From Octopus sinensis (lineage: Eukaryota): 64,000 nt of DNA. The notes beneath the pieces were generated by a model that saw nothing but the letters and a program-made list of their open reading frames with translations, had not been told where the DNA came from and ran no database searches. The stretch is from the NCBI RefSeq assembly GCF_006345805.1, contig NC_043008.1:7316001-7380000 (forward strand). Reading direction: 5' to 3'. The number at the start of each line of letters is the position of its first letter. Positions within the stretch are counted from its first letter, which is position 1. This document shows, one piece after another, positions 1 to 12,054 of this stretch. The translations under genes and the position numbers were made by a program.

Positions 1-164
1 GCCATCATCACTTTTTCCATGAGGCTAGTCATATTAAATATCATCCGTGTCGTCACCGACTTAATCAATAGCATTATGATCGTTATCTTCATATTCGCTA
101 GGTACGATAGGCATCAGTAGAATCGGTTAATATAATCAATGTTATCTTCATATTTAGAGTCATC

Positions 165-740
165 ATCATCGTGGTCACCATCATCAGCTCATCATATCAT
201 CAACATCATCATCATCAGCCACAACAACCGCATCGTCTAATCATCGTCATCATCATCATCAATATCAGCAGCAGCAGCATCAGTATTATCGTCTAATCAT
301 CATCATCATCGTCATCGTCGTTTTCGTCGTCGTTGTTATCTCATTTCAATCGTCATCGGCATCTACTACATGGAGAAGAGAAAGAAGAAGGAAAGAGGAG
401 GAAGGAGACGTAGAGGAAGAAGAAGGAGGAGAAGAAGAAGAAGAAGAAGAAGAAGAAGAAGAAGAAGAAGAAGAAGAAGAAGAAGAAGAAGAAGAAGAAG
501 AAGAAGAAGAAGAAGAAGAAGAAGAAGGGAAGAAGAAGAAGAAGAGGGTAAAAAGAAGGAGGAGGAAAAGAAGAAAAGAAAGAAGAGGAAAAAGAATAAG
601 AAGAAAAAGAAGTTGCAGAAGAAGAAGAACAACAACAACAACGACAACAACAATAATACTAACAAACTCATCAACAACAACAACAACATAAATAAATAAA
701 AGCAACAACAACATAAATAAAAGCAACAACAATAACAAGA
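165..740. repeat. Compound triplet microsatellite: (CAT)n, (GAA)n (pure 431-527), (CAA)n
   Basis: Direct reading; accounts for the three ORFs at 346-738. Confidence 0.95.
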
Positions 741-1275
741 ACAGCTGCTACTGTTTTAGCTGTGTGAGGAAAATAGCGATAAGTGAATGAGATAAATCTC
801 GATTCATGAAGTGTAACGACGAGAAAATTAGCGACCGAAACGGATCAAATGTAGCTGCATTAACAACAAGAAGAAGACGAAGACGAAGAATATGTTCAGC
901 TGCTGGAACATTAGCAATAGTGTACACTATTTGGAATCAATGTTAGCAATAAAGAGCCACAGAAATAGCGGTAACCACAATAATATTTGTAGCAGTAGTA
1001 GTAGTAGTAGTAGTAGTAGCAGCAGCAGTAGCATTAACTCTCTGACAATAGTCTTACCTTTATGATGCTGTCAGACGGAAGACCATTGCCTGTCAACGAA
1101 AGTATAATATTAGAGTAGAATGCATTTTGAAAATGGCGTAATTGTACGTAAATTAGTTTCGAGCGTAAATAAGCCAGACGAAATATGATATTTTATCTAG
1201 TATTAACCCTACATTCGTGTCTAGGGTACTGTTTGTGCTTTTATATAAGGATGTGTTCACTAATATTTCGTCCTG

Positions 1276-1810
1276 TTAAGGCGGCGAGCTGGCAGAATCG
1301 TTAGCACGCCGGGCGAAACGCTTAGCGGTATTTCGTCTGCCGTTACGTTCTGAGTTCAAATTCCGCCGAGGTCGAATTTTCCTTTCATCCTTTCGGGGTC
1401 GATTAAATAAGTACAGTTACGCACTGGGATCGATATGATCGACTTAATCCGTTTGTGTTTCCTTGTTGGTCCCCTCTATGTTTATCCCCTTGTGGGCAAT
1501 AAAGAAATATATATATATATATATACTCTTTTACTCTTCTACTTGCTTCAGACATTTGACTTTGGCCATGCAGGAGCACCGCCTTTTAGTCGAGCAAATC
1601 GACCCCAGGAATTATTCTTTGTAATCCTAGTACATATTCCTAGGTATTTCGTCTGCCGTTACGTTCTGAGTTCAAATTCCGCCGAGGTCGACTTTACCTT
1701 TTATCCTTTCGGAGTTGTTGACAAGTTAAGTACATGTTGCATACTGGGGTCGATGTAATCAACTGGCCCCCTCCCCAAAGATTTCGGGCCTTATGCCTGG
1801 AGTAGAAAAG
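1276..1810 (+). mobile_element. Family A tRNA-derived SINE dimer, interrupted at its junction, bounded by a 14-bp TSD
   Basis: Head GGCGGCGAGCTGGCAGAATCG (A-box-like) and GAGTTCAAATTC (B box). The second unit restarts at ggtatttcgtctgcc (1642). TSD aatatttcgtcctg at 1262-1275 and 1811-1824. Confidence 0.9.
1525..1633 (-). mobile_element. Family B SINE 3' fragment nested in the family A dimer
   Basis: actcttttactctt...ggccatgcaggagcaccgcc...gtcgagcaaatcgacccc matches the tails at 7983 and 51171. Confidence 0.85.
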
Positions 1811-2530
1811 AATATTTCGTCCTGGTGTGGCGAGACTATTCTTCACTGCTGCCGCTAAAAGCATACATAACAACATCCAGATTTGTCTGCTCTATTTCTC
1901 AGAAAGCAAGAAATAATTAATGATCAATAAAGATAATTCTGATCTCGGAATGTTTTATTCTATTTTAAATTGTGATGTTCAATACATTAAATATACTCGC
2001 ACCCTCTTTCACCTGAAATGTAGTCTGGCATATTCTAACACTAACATCTTCACCTGGATGTAGATTATTTGACGCTAATTAACTACAGAGCAAAATTGAA
2101 AAAAAATTCTTAGTTCTTTTCTTTACATTATTTTTATAGTGTGTGAGTTTAATGTTGAAGGTTAAAGTATTTAACTTAATTATCTATTACGATATTGGCT
2201 TGGATATATTGCTTCTTTTATCAATAAGCAATTATTTAGTTGAGTAAATAGCATCCTTCTCCGCATTGTATTACATAACCCTACAACACCCGAAACGAAA
2301 TATGGAAAGCCATTCATTATGTCTTATTACCAATCTACACTTTCACTATACGCTGTATTATGCTTTACGCTAAAGTGACAATCTTCAAGAAGTATTCTAC
2401 ATGCCCGTCTACAACAGCCAAATCTTAAAACAAAAACAAAAACAGAACTGAAGAAAACAGACCCCAGCTTCTCCAAATGGGTTGCTTATTAATTCAGTTC
2501 TATATTTAAGAGATGGGGAATTATGTACAT

Positions 2531-2700
2531 TATTTCTTCCGATTTTACGTTCGGATTTCAAATGCAACCAAAGTCTAATATGCCTTTTATTCTTTCTGTG
2601 TCGATAAAATAGGAACCAGTTTTGTACGGGTTCAATGTTACAGGGTAGCCACCTCCCCTTAAAATTACTGCTCCTTGAACAAAATTAGAAAAAAGAAATA
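2531..2700 (+). mobile_element. Old family A SINE fragment
   Basis: tatttcttccgattttacgttcggatttcaaat...gccttttattctttctgtgtcgataaaataggaaccag is a diverged version of the family A body. Confidence 0.6.
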
Positions 2701-2763
2701 TTAGACAATGATTTGTGAGCATTATTTACATTTAATCGGATATTTGTCCCCGCCTTTTTTTTT

Positions 2764-2809
2764 AACACAACGTTTCGACTGATATACCCTCCAGCCTTCA
2801 TCAGGTGTC
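2764..2809 (-). ncRNA. Minimal type I hammerhead ribozyme motif, structurally intact
   Basis: Minus strand reads GACAC-CUGAUGA-A-GGCUG(GAGGGUAUAU)CAGUC-GAAA-CGU-U|GUGUU. Helix I is GACAC/GUGUU, helix II is 5 bp, helix III is the loopless palindrome ACGU, and there is an extra A between A9 and G10.1. Confidence 0.7.
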
Positions 2810-2884
2810 TTGGGGAAATTTCGACCCTGGATTCTCATTCCTGAGGTATTCTCCGATGAAAATCCAGGTTCGAAATTTCCCCAA

Positions 2885-2930
2885 GACACCTGATGAAGGC
2901 TGGAGGGTATATCAGTCGAAACGTTATGTT
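2885..2930 (+). ncRNA. Minimal type I hammerhead ribozyme motif (G1.1>A mismatch in helix I)
   Basis: GACAC 2885-2889, CTGATGA 2890-2896, helix II 2898-2917, GAAA 2918-2921, CGTT 2922-2925, ATGTT 2926-2930. Confidence 0.65.
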
Positions 2931-3250
2931 AACAACAAACAAGATGAGGACAAATATCCGTCGAATGTAAATAATGTAAGTAATGTAAATAATGTGCTTA
3001 TTAATTGGTCAATAAATGTTTTCCTGAAGCGAACCAATAACTCAACCAACGCAAATTACATGGAAAGACAAAATTAAAAAGAAACTGCAATACATATGCG
3101 TGTACGGGTGTAAGTAATGCAAAAGAATAAGGATTTGCATTCCGGGTAGATACCTTATTGGCACCGTGATATAGTCCAGACGGGGGTAACCTCATCGCAT
3201 GATAGAAAACATACAGAAGTGTTGAAGATAAACAAATATGCGTGTATGCG

Positions 3251-3304
<54 letters not shown>

Positions 3305-3890
3305 AAGAAAGTGAGAGAGATAAGGAGAGAGAGAGAGAGAGAGAGTGTTTGTCTATTCTATAGATCTGTAACAATAACAACATCAAAAGCGGCATATTGG
3401 CAATGGATCCGACTCCATGTGGTACCAGACGAAAGAATTAAACTGCATTATTATGCAAATACAACGGAAGCGTGAAGAACACTGTTTACATTGGCTTGCA
3501 TCTAATCCAGACCAATATTGGAAGAAGTCCAAACATTTTGTATGGAAACTTCGAAGTTTAGTTTCTAAGCATAATTAAAGTTATTTGGCCCATTAACCTC
3601 ATCCTTTGTTTTTATTTACACGGAAGCTCGATCGATTCGCTTCCCGATTCATTTGAAATCCGCTTCTTTTAATATCCATTGGTCATCAAGTGTCTTGTTC
3701 CAGAAATATCTATACAGTTTCCAACGTTCGATATATTTAAAACTCGGTCCTGGGTTGTTTGTGTGCACTGAATGAACTTCAAAACATCAGTGAATGAAAC
3801 AGTAAAGAGAGAAGATACTGCAACACGAACAAGAAGAATCAGAACAGTTGGTAACTTGATGCGAACTAGGAATATTATTAGACTACTACC

Positions 3891-4124
3891 TAAGACGGAG
3901 AGCTGGCTGAAACGTTAGCACGCCGGACGAAATGCGTGGCAGTATTTCGTCTGCCGTTACGTTCTGAGTTCAAATTCCGCCGAGGTCGACTTTGCCTTTC
4001 ATCCTTTCGGGATCGATAAATTAAGTACCAGTTATGCACTGGGGTCGATGTAATCGACTTAATCCGTTTGTCTGTCCTTGTTTGTTTCCTCTATGTTTAG
4101 CCCCTTGCGGGTAATAAAGAAACA
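3891..4124 (+). mobile_element. Family A SINE
   Basis: Near-consensus head, body and tail ending aaagaaa. Confidence 0.9.
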
Positions 4125-4144
4125 AATATTATTACAATACTACA

Positions 4145-4351
4145 TAAGACGGAGGGCTGGCAGAATCGTTAGTGCGCTGGGTGGAAATACTTAGCGGCCT
4201 TTCTTTATGTTCTGAGTTCAAAAGCTGCCGAGGTCGGCTTAACTTTTTCTCCTTTAAGGGTCAATAAAATGAATAGTAGTTGAGCACTGGGTTCAATGAA
4301 AGTAACTTCGTCTATCCCGAGAGTTCTGACCTTGTGCCAAAATTTGAAACC
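4145..4351 (+). mobile_element. Family A SINE, older, alternative tail
   Basis: Head ctggcagaatcgttag, B box gagttcaaaa, tail ccttgtgccaaaatttgaaacc. Confidence 0.8.
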
Positions 4352-4390
4352 TTTATTTTTGCGATGCCGATTACACCGACATAACAACAC

Positions 4391-5036
4391 ATTCTAAGTT
4401 TCGGCACAAGGCCAGTAATTTCGAAGGGTGGGGTGGGGTGATTGTCAGTTATATCGACACCAGTATTGCACTGGTATTTATTTTATCGTCCTCGAAAGGT
4501 TGAAGCGCAAAGTTGACCTCGGAAAAATTTGAAATCAGAACGTTAAGTGGGACGAAACACCGCTTAGCATGTTACCCGGCATGCCAACGATCTTGGTAGC
4601 TCATCGCTTTGACAGAAAAAAATAAATAAACAGATAAGACCGTTATTAAAATACTCTTTTCTATTCTTGGCACAAGGCCCGAAATTTTGGAGGGCGGTGG
4701 GTGGGGGGGTCAGTCGAAAAGATCAACCGCTGTACGCAACTGGTACTTAATTTATCGCCCCCCCCCCAAATGATGAAAGGGAAAGTCGACCACGTCGGAA
4801 TTTGAACTCAGAACGTGCAATACTTTCATACTGTAGTCACAAGGCCCGAAATTTTGGGGAAAGGAACAAGTCGATTAAATCGACTCCGGTACGCATCTGG
4901 TACTTATTTAATCGACCCCGAAAGGATGAAAAGCAAAGTCGACCTCGGCGGAATTTGAACTCAGAACATAGCGCCAGACGAAATACCGCTAGGAACTTCT
5001 CCCGGTGTGCTAACGCTTCTGCCAGCTCGCTGCCTT
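4391..5036 (-). mobile_element. Three adjacent minus-strand family A SINEs (4391-4610, 4653-4816 partial, 4821-5036)
   Basis: Each shows cacaaggcc...ggtacttatttaatcgaccccgaaaggatgaaa...aagtcgacctcggcggaatttgaactcagaac or a diverged version of it. Confidence 0.85.
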
Positions 5037-5477
5037 TTAATATCCAGCAATATTATTCTCATAATACTCTCTGCCAATATAAACTACACTACGCACATAC
5101 ATATCTTCACTTATTACCGTACAGTTTAGGCTAGAATTACTTTCCGCTTCATTTCGAAATCATCTCCCGTATAGTCTTGCGTTGTTCTTCAAGGTACTGT
5201 CAGAGCATAATTGCCATCATAATTAAAGATGTACTTTTATTTAATTTAATATTTAGGCTAACTTTCAAGTATGCTGACAATTACGACTAAATTACGACTC
5301 TAAGTTACACAAATATCATATTTCAATGATATTCCATCAGTCTCACATCAATTAAGCTGTTTACAAGCAGCCAAAAGTCGAGCAACACGATTCGTTGGTC
5401 ATTTCTTCTTGTGACGTCAGTTTTTAGCAGAAACGGTAAAAGTTGAATTGTATTTACATTAGACATACGGGAACTTC

Positions 5478-5537
<60 letters not shown>

Positions 5538-5755
5538 TATTATTATTATTGTTATTGTTATTATTATTTTGTTGAACATGAAATAAATGGTTACAGAAAA
5601 CCGTGTAAATCTTTGCTCCAGGCATTTCAGACGCTTGGAACTGAATCCTAATTTTGTTTCGGTGTGCACCGAATGAACTTTAAGACTGCAGAGAGTGAAA
5701 CAGGAAGGAGAGATATTGGAACGACAACAACAACTACTACTACTACTACTACTAT

Positions 5756-5787
<32 letters not shown>

Positions 5788-5896
5788 TACTACTACTACT
5801 ACTACTACTAATACTACTAACACAACTACCACAACGACCACAACGACCACCACGACCACCACCGCCGATGCCGCCACGACCACAGCCACCACCATC

Positions 5897-5927
<31 letters not shown>

Positions 5928-6099
5928 TACTACGATCACCGCCATCACGATCACCACGACGACGACGACGACGACGACGACGACCACCACCACCACCACC
6001 GCTACCACCACCACTACTACTACTACTACCACCGCCACCGCCGCCGCCGCCGCCGCTACCACCACCACCACCACCACTTCTACTACTACTACTACTACT

Positions 6100-6133
<34 letters not shown>
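5478..6133. repeat. (TAT)n at 5478-5565 and a compound (CTA/CCA/CGA/CGC)n tract at 5712-6133
   Basis: Direct reading. Confidence 0.95.
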
Positions 6134-6135
<2 letters not shown>

Positions 6136-6689
6136 GCCTATTCAAAAGCTACACGAGCCGTTCCATAGTAAATGCCAGGAAAAAATCATCAATTACACGT
6201 AGAAATTGCTCCGATAATGCCTTCCCCCATTGAGAACAACGAAAACTTTTACGTAGACATGAAAGCGAAGTCCTCCTCTTCCAGTGGTAACATGCAAAGT
6301 TTTAATGTGAAAGCCTCCTGCTTGTATATTAGTGGCGTAATTGACACGGAATGGCCACGGGATTAGCACTAACCAACGATATAATCAGACCATCGGCTCT
6401 AACAGCTTCGTCGCTAACCATTGAAAGCCATGATGTTTTATGGAAACAGAAATAGCAAGTTGCGATATTTCTTTATTTCTCGAGGGACTGGATAATGGAA
6501 ATAAAGCGATAAAGCTCCATTTATTAACTCTGGGCAATTATTGGTTAAAAATATTGATTGCACGGTTCTGAAGTATCGAAAACATAAAAAGACGAGCTAA
6601 AGAGGGATCGTTTAGGCTGTGGCAACACTTCTAGAAATAGCAGCTAAATCTCGAGAATTGATCCATCGTGCGCATCTATTTAAATACAG

Positions 6690-7218
6690 ATGTATGTAAT
6701 GTATGTATCGGTATGTGTATATATACATACATACATACATACATACATACGTACATACATACATACATACATATATATAAATATATATGTGTATGTATGT
6801 ATGATACATTGTATGATTTGCCTAATAGTGGTTTTATCTCTAATTTAATATAATATATATATACATATATGCATGAAATTATATAATTATGAGTATAATC
6901 ATAATTAGGGCTCAGCAAAAATTTGCTTCACCGCATAACGAAATTTAGAAAAAGCAGTTAAAACTAACTATTTCACTACTATAAGAAAATCTGTTTGTTT
7001 TCACATAATTATAAAATTTTATGTATAAGTTTACGGATATTGGTTCTTTTAACATACCGAGCTATTTGGTAAAATTATTAATTATTAATTAATTAATTAA
7101 TTTTACCCTTTATTATTACGGAAATATATATTATATATATATATATAATGTGTGTGTGTGTGGTGTGTGTGTGTATATACATGCATATATACATACGTAT
7201 ATTTACATACATCTATAC

Positions 7219-7276
<58 letters not shown>

Positions 7277-7500
7277 GTATATATAATATATATGTATATA
7301 TATATTATATATGTATATATGTATTATATATGTATGTATATATATATATGTATATCTATATATATATATATATATATATATCTAATATATATTTATAACA
7401 TATATATTAATATTATATGTAATATATATGTATGTATATATATATATACATATGTGTGTGTGTATGTAGATAGAGTGAGTGAGAGAGAGAGAAGGAAAGG
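6690..7500. repeat. (TACA)n and (TA/TG/GA)n tracts at 6690-6805 and 7127-7500
   Basis: Direct reading. Confidence 0.9.
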
Positions 7501-7557
7501 GAAGGAACATGAATAAAGGTGGATTATTTCAGCTAGACAATCAAGATATTTTAAACA

Positions 7558-7770
7558 TTTGTTTCAAATTCTGATACACGGCCAGTAATTTCGGGTTAGG
7601 AGGGAAATCGATTATTTCGATCCCAGTGTCCGACTGGTACTTCCTTTTATCCCCCCCCCCGCAAGGATAGAAGGCAAGATTGGCATTGGCATAATTTGAA
7701 CTCAGAAAGCAATGACGGACGAAATAGCACTAAGCATCATGTCCGACGTGCGATTTCGATTTCTACCAAA
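7558..7770 (-). mobile_element. Diverged family A SINE
   Basis: actggtacttccttttatc...aatttgaactcagaa...gacgaaatagcactaagcat. Confidence 0.7.
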
Positions 7771-7982
7771 ATTTAAGGCCCCAAAAGACAGTGTAAGAAT
7801 TAGGCTTGGGAACAAAACTGGTCAGTGAAATTAAGTATTTGTATGTTGGACATAACAGCTTTCGTTCCATTCGGAAGTGATGAAGCAAAACTATAATTAA
7901 TAGCGCTCTAACCATGACCATTTGTTCGTATTTATTATAAAATATAACATAGCTAATACTACATTATAACCTTACTTTATAA

Positions 7983-8383
7983 ACTCTTACTGTTTTACTT
8001 GTTTCAGTCATTTGACTGCGGCCATGCTGGAGCACCGCCTTTAATCGAGCAACTCGACCCTGGGACTTATTCTTTTGTAAGCCCAGTACTTATTCTATCG
8101 GTCTCTTTTTCCGAACCGCTAAGTAAGGGGGACATAAACACACCAACATCGCTTGTCAAGCAATGCTAAGGGACAAACACAGACACACAAATACACACAC
8201 GCATATATATATATATACATATATACGACGGGCTTTTTCAGTTTCCGTCTACCAAATCCACTCACAAGGCTTTGGTCGGCCCGAGGCTATAGTCGAAGAC
8301 ACTTGCCCAAGGTGCCACGCAGTGGGACTGAACCCGGAACCATCTGGTTGGTAGACAAGCTACTTACCACACAGCCATTCCTG
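7983..8383 (-). mobile_element. Family B tRNA-derived SINE, full length
   Basis: Minus-strand head tggctgtgtggtaag...ggttcagtccc (A/B boxes), then ccttgggcaagtg, an internal TA/TG tract and a gtaaaa-type tail. Confidence 0.9.
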
Positions 8384-8482
8384 TCTTATATAAAGGTGAT
8401 CTTACTTTATGAAGATGTCATAGTTCTTAGTGAGATTCAGCGTGACACTAAATATGGCATGGTTGAGTCTTTGAATTACAGG

Positions 8483-8628
8483 TACCGCTCAGTTTAGCCA
8501 GCTGTGTAGAGTGGAGTAACGTAAAATAAAGGGTTTTACTCAAGGAAACTGCATGCTACAGGGAGTCGAATCCACGGCCTGACAATCGTAAGCTAAATAC
8601 TTATAACCGCTTAGCCACGCGCTTTCAA
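8483..8628 (-). mobile_element. CORE-like tRNA SINE head (family C), diverged
   Basis: Minus strand: gcgtggctaagcggtt...ggattcgactcc...ccttgagtaaaaccctttattttacgttactccactc, which aligns to 27477 onward. Confidence 0.6.
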
Positions 8629-8653
8629 GGTTAATTGTCATTTAATAAATTAC

Positions 8654-8785
8654 AAGGTGGCGAGCTGGCAGAATCGTTAGCACGCCGGGTGAAATGCTTA
8701 GATACATTCAAAGTTCTGGGTATACGTGTCTGCGGAGTACTGCGGAGTACACGTTAATTTGACGAGCAGGCTGTTCTAGATTTAC
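8654..8785 (+). mobile_element. Family A head (8654-8701) abutting a family C 3' body fragment
   Basis: The segment gttaatttgacgagcaggctgttc matches 27714-27739. Confidence 0.6.
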
Positions 8786-8796
8786 GTAACTAGATC

Positions 8797-8827
8797 TACG
8801 ACGACGACGACGACCACCACCACCACC

Positions 8828-8863
<36 letters not shown>

Positions 8864-8968
8864 GATCACCACCACCGCCGACGCCCCCACCATCATCACC
8901 ACCGCTGACGCTGACGCCACCACCATCACCACCGCTGATGCCGACGCCGCCGCCCACCACCACTACTA

Positions 8969-9001
<33 letters not shown>

Positions 9002-9002
9002 A
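8797..9002. repeat. Compound triplet microsatellite (CGA/CCA/CTA)
   Basis: Direct reading. Confidence 0.95.
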
Positions 9003-9266
9003 GCCTATTCCAAGTATATCGAAACTGAAGCAATTGCGGAGAGAACATCATTTTAGCAACAACAAAAAAAACCCCACTCATTTGTCATTCACTTCATGAG
9101 GTGTTCAAGTTTGTTTCACTTCTGCAACCTTTAACCGGAAGAGTTCGTAACTAGGTGACAGAACAGATGTACGATGACACTTATCAAAATTATCATCACA
9201 CAACTTTAGACGTACAGTGAATTCCTAAGTTCCTGCTTAATTTTGCATGGCTAAAATAGATCTTCC

Positions 9267-9469
9267 TAAGGCGGTGAGCTGGCAGAAACTTTAGCACGCC
9301 GGACGAAATGCGAAGCCATAGTTCGTCTGCCGTTATGTTCTGAGTTCAAATTCCGCCGAGGTCGATAAGTACCATTTACGCACTGGGGTCGATATAATCG
9401 ACTTAATCCGTTCGTCTGTCATTGTTTGTCCCCTCTATGTTTAGCTCCTTGTGGGAATAAAGAAATAGG
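9267..9469 (+). mobile_element. Family A SINE (internal deletion) with 15-bp TSD
   Basis: taaaatagatcttcc at 9252-9266 and 9470-9484. The element starts TAAGGCGG and ends AAAGAAATAGG. Confidence 0.9.
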
Positions 9470-9964
9470 TAAAATAGATCTTCCACATTTCGACAAATAT
9501 AGCAAAGCCTACAGCAGCATTTCCTGCAAAAACCACAGCTGTATTTGATCTCAGGTGGCAAGATATAATTTCGTCATTATGAATTTCTGAGAAGATAACA
9601 AATAGCTGTTGGACGCCTTCTTCTCTGATTTTACAGATTCCATTTTCAAAGTCATCCATCGAAAGAATATCTTATCAGCTAATTCCGCCTCTCCTTACAT
9701 TCTTCCCATCGTCATCATCATAATCATCACCACCTTTATCATCATGAGATATTCGAAAACATGTATCAGTCTTATACAAATATAGGTATTAATATTGTCG
9801 GTGAAGAATTGTGAAGTTACGTTAGTGAAGAGAGATATGTATAGGGAGTTAGAGAGGCGGAGGGATAGAGAGAGAAGTTGCAAAAGACAGGATTAGATAA
9901 TAATACGTTGGCTTAACTAAAACCATCGTCTTGGTTGATGTGGTGGTGGTGATGGTGATGGTGG

Positions 9965-10001
<37 letters not shown>

Positions 10002-10095
10002 ATGAATATAATTATTGTATGCAAAACATTTTCCGTAAGCATAACTTTACAGTTGTTACATCTTATAATCTTAAAGCCGTCATCTAACCGTTTTG

Positions 10096-10560
10096 ATGTA
10101 TGTATGTATGTATGTATTTATGTATGTATGTATTTATGTATGCATTAATGTAGGTATGTATTTATGTATGTATGTATTTATGTATGCATTAATGTATGTA
10201 TGTATTTATGTATTTATGTACGTATGTATGTATGTTTTTATGTGTATGTATGTATGTATGTATGTATGTATGTATGTATGTATGTATGTATGTATGTATG
10301 TGTGTATTTATGTACCTATTTATGTATGTATGTATGTATGTGTGCATGTATGTATTTATGTATGTATGTATGTATGTATGTATGTATGTATGTATGTATG
10401 TGTGTGTTTATGTACGTATTTATGTATGTATGTATGTGTGCATGTATGTATGTATGTATGTATTTATGTATTTATGTATGTCTTTATGTATGTATGTATG
10501 TATGTATGTATGTACGTACGCATGTATGTATATGCCCGTGTGTATATCTATGTATGTGTG
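10096..10560. repeat. (TATG)n tetranucleotide array, ~465 bp
   Basis: Direct reading; accounts for the MYVC-repeat ORFs. Confidence 0.95.
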
Positions 10561-11019
10561 TGATGGATGTATTTCTATACATTTCTGTGTGTAACAAAAG
10601 AATGGAATAATTATTGCTAGATAAGCATTTCTGCCTGTGTTTGAGTGTTTACCAGTTTTATAAACCATTAACAAACCATCTTTAATAAAAGTAAATCGGT
10701 TAATCATATTAAAATAATATATCTGATTAGGACTTACATTGTTGTATTTGTAATCTGAGAATTACTGCAATAATTCAGTAAAAGATGTTTCTGATATATT
10801 TTGTCTCTGATTAAAATTCTTCCAATCCTCTCACACCGATTCACACTCGCCCTGGTATTCCATATCCTATATCGCACACGCACTGGCGTTTGAACATTTT
10901 CTTAAATGGAAACAATTTGTCAAGAAGTTTGCTAAAAAAAGAAGAAACGAATGACGGTTATCGATGAATATAGATCTTACTTGCAATAATTTACAAAATA
11001 ACAAATTCACTGCGAATTC

Positions 11020-11074
<55 letters not shown>

Positions 11075-11253
11075 GGATAAAATTTTTCGAAATGGCCAGC
11101 ATATTAAAAATATACCTCTAAGGTTAAATTATAAACAACTTATAAACAAGGGCAAAAGAAAAAAATTCTAATGCCAAATATGCCGAAAATAGACAAATCG
11201 TCAAATCGGTATATTTGGCATTAGAATTTTTTTCTTTGCCCTTGTTTATAAGT

Positions 11254-11339
<86 letters not shown>

Positions 11340-12054
11340 GCCAAACCACCTGCGCATCAATGTATTATTTTCAAGAGCCACCAGCAATTTTCTGATGAAC
11401 GCTAATCGAACATAACATATTCGATTAGCCTTCATTAGATAAAATAGTTTCTAAATTATCAACAGAAAGATGTAACTGGGTCGCATCCTACTATAATATG
11501 GCACGAGGGAGAAGTGGTGTTACTTATAGAGATAGTTGATATGGAGAATTCCTTCTGCATATTTAAAAATCCGAAAAGTTAGAGAGAAGGGTATTTTGGT
11601 ATAATCCTACATTCACCCTAGACGTTGCCATTAATCTTATTTTAACTTCCTAAAATAATTATAAAAGTTTACCTCAGTAGATATCGTCAACTCTCTAATT
11701 GTTATTAGGTCAAGGTTAGCTAACCATGGCTATATGATATTGTTCCCAATACTGCCCGCTTCAATGAAACACACAAATGCCCACACAGTCTACATTCTAC
11801 AGTCCAGTCTGTAATTGCTGAAGTCCTGTTAAATACCCACTGAATTGATCCTGTCTTTTGAAAGCTGTCTATTACAGAACCACCCTCTTACCATCCAGTG
11901 GAATCTTCAGATACTTTGCGGACAAGACAGCTGATTGTTGTAATGGAAGTCATTAACAGTTTATAAAATACTTGGGGTGAATCAAACCATCAGCCACTGA
12001 TAATCTGGCTATGCCACCCTAAGCCAGGCTGGCCCATGGAAATATAGTAAAATA

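Larger units (their letters stand above)
2720..2976. mobile_element. Fold-back inverted repeat (arms ~2720-2838 and ~2856-2976, 17-nt spacer); probable inverted pseudo-LTR pair of a Penelope-like element (family 1)
   Basis: The right arm is the near-perfect reverse complement of the left (e.g. aacgtttcgactgatataccctccagccttcatcaggtgtcttggggaaatttcga / tcgaaatttccccaagacacctgatgaaggctggagggtatatcagtcgaaacgtt). Each arm carries a hammerhead motif. PLE assignment is inferred from the known HHR-bearing pLTRs of Penelope-like elements. Confidence 0.75.

Noticed and set aside
1280-1370. SINE heads as tRNA genes
   Set aside because: They have A/B boxes and partial stems, but no clean cloverleaf, and they continue into shared SINE bodies.
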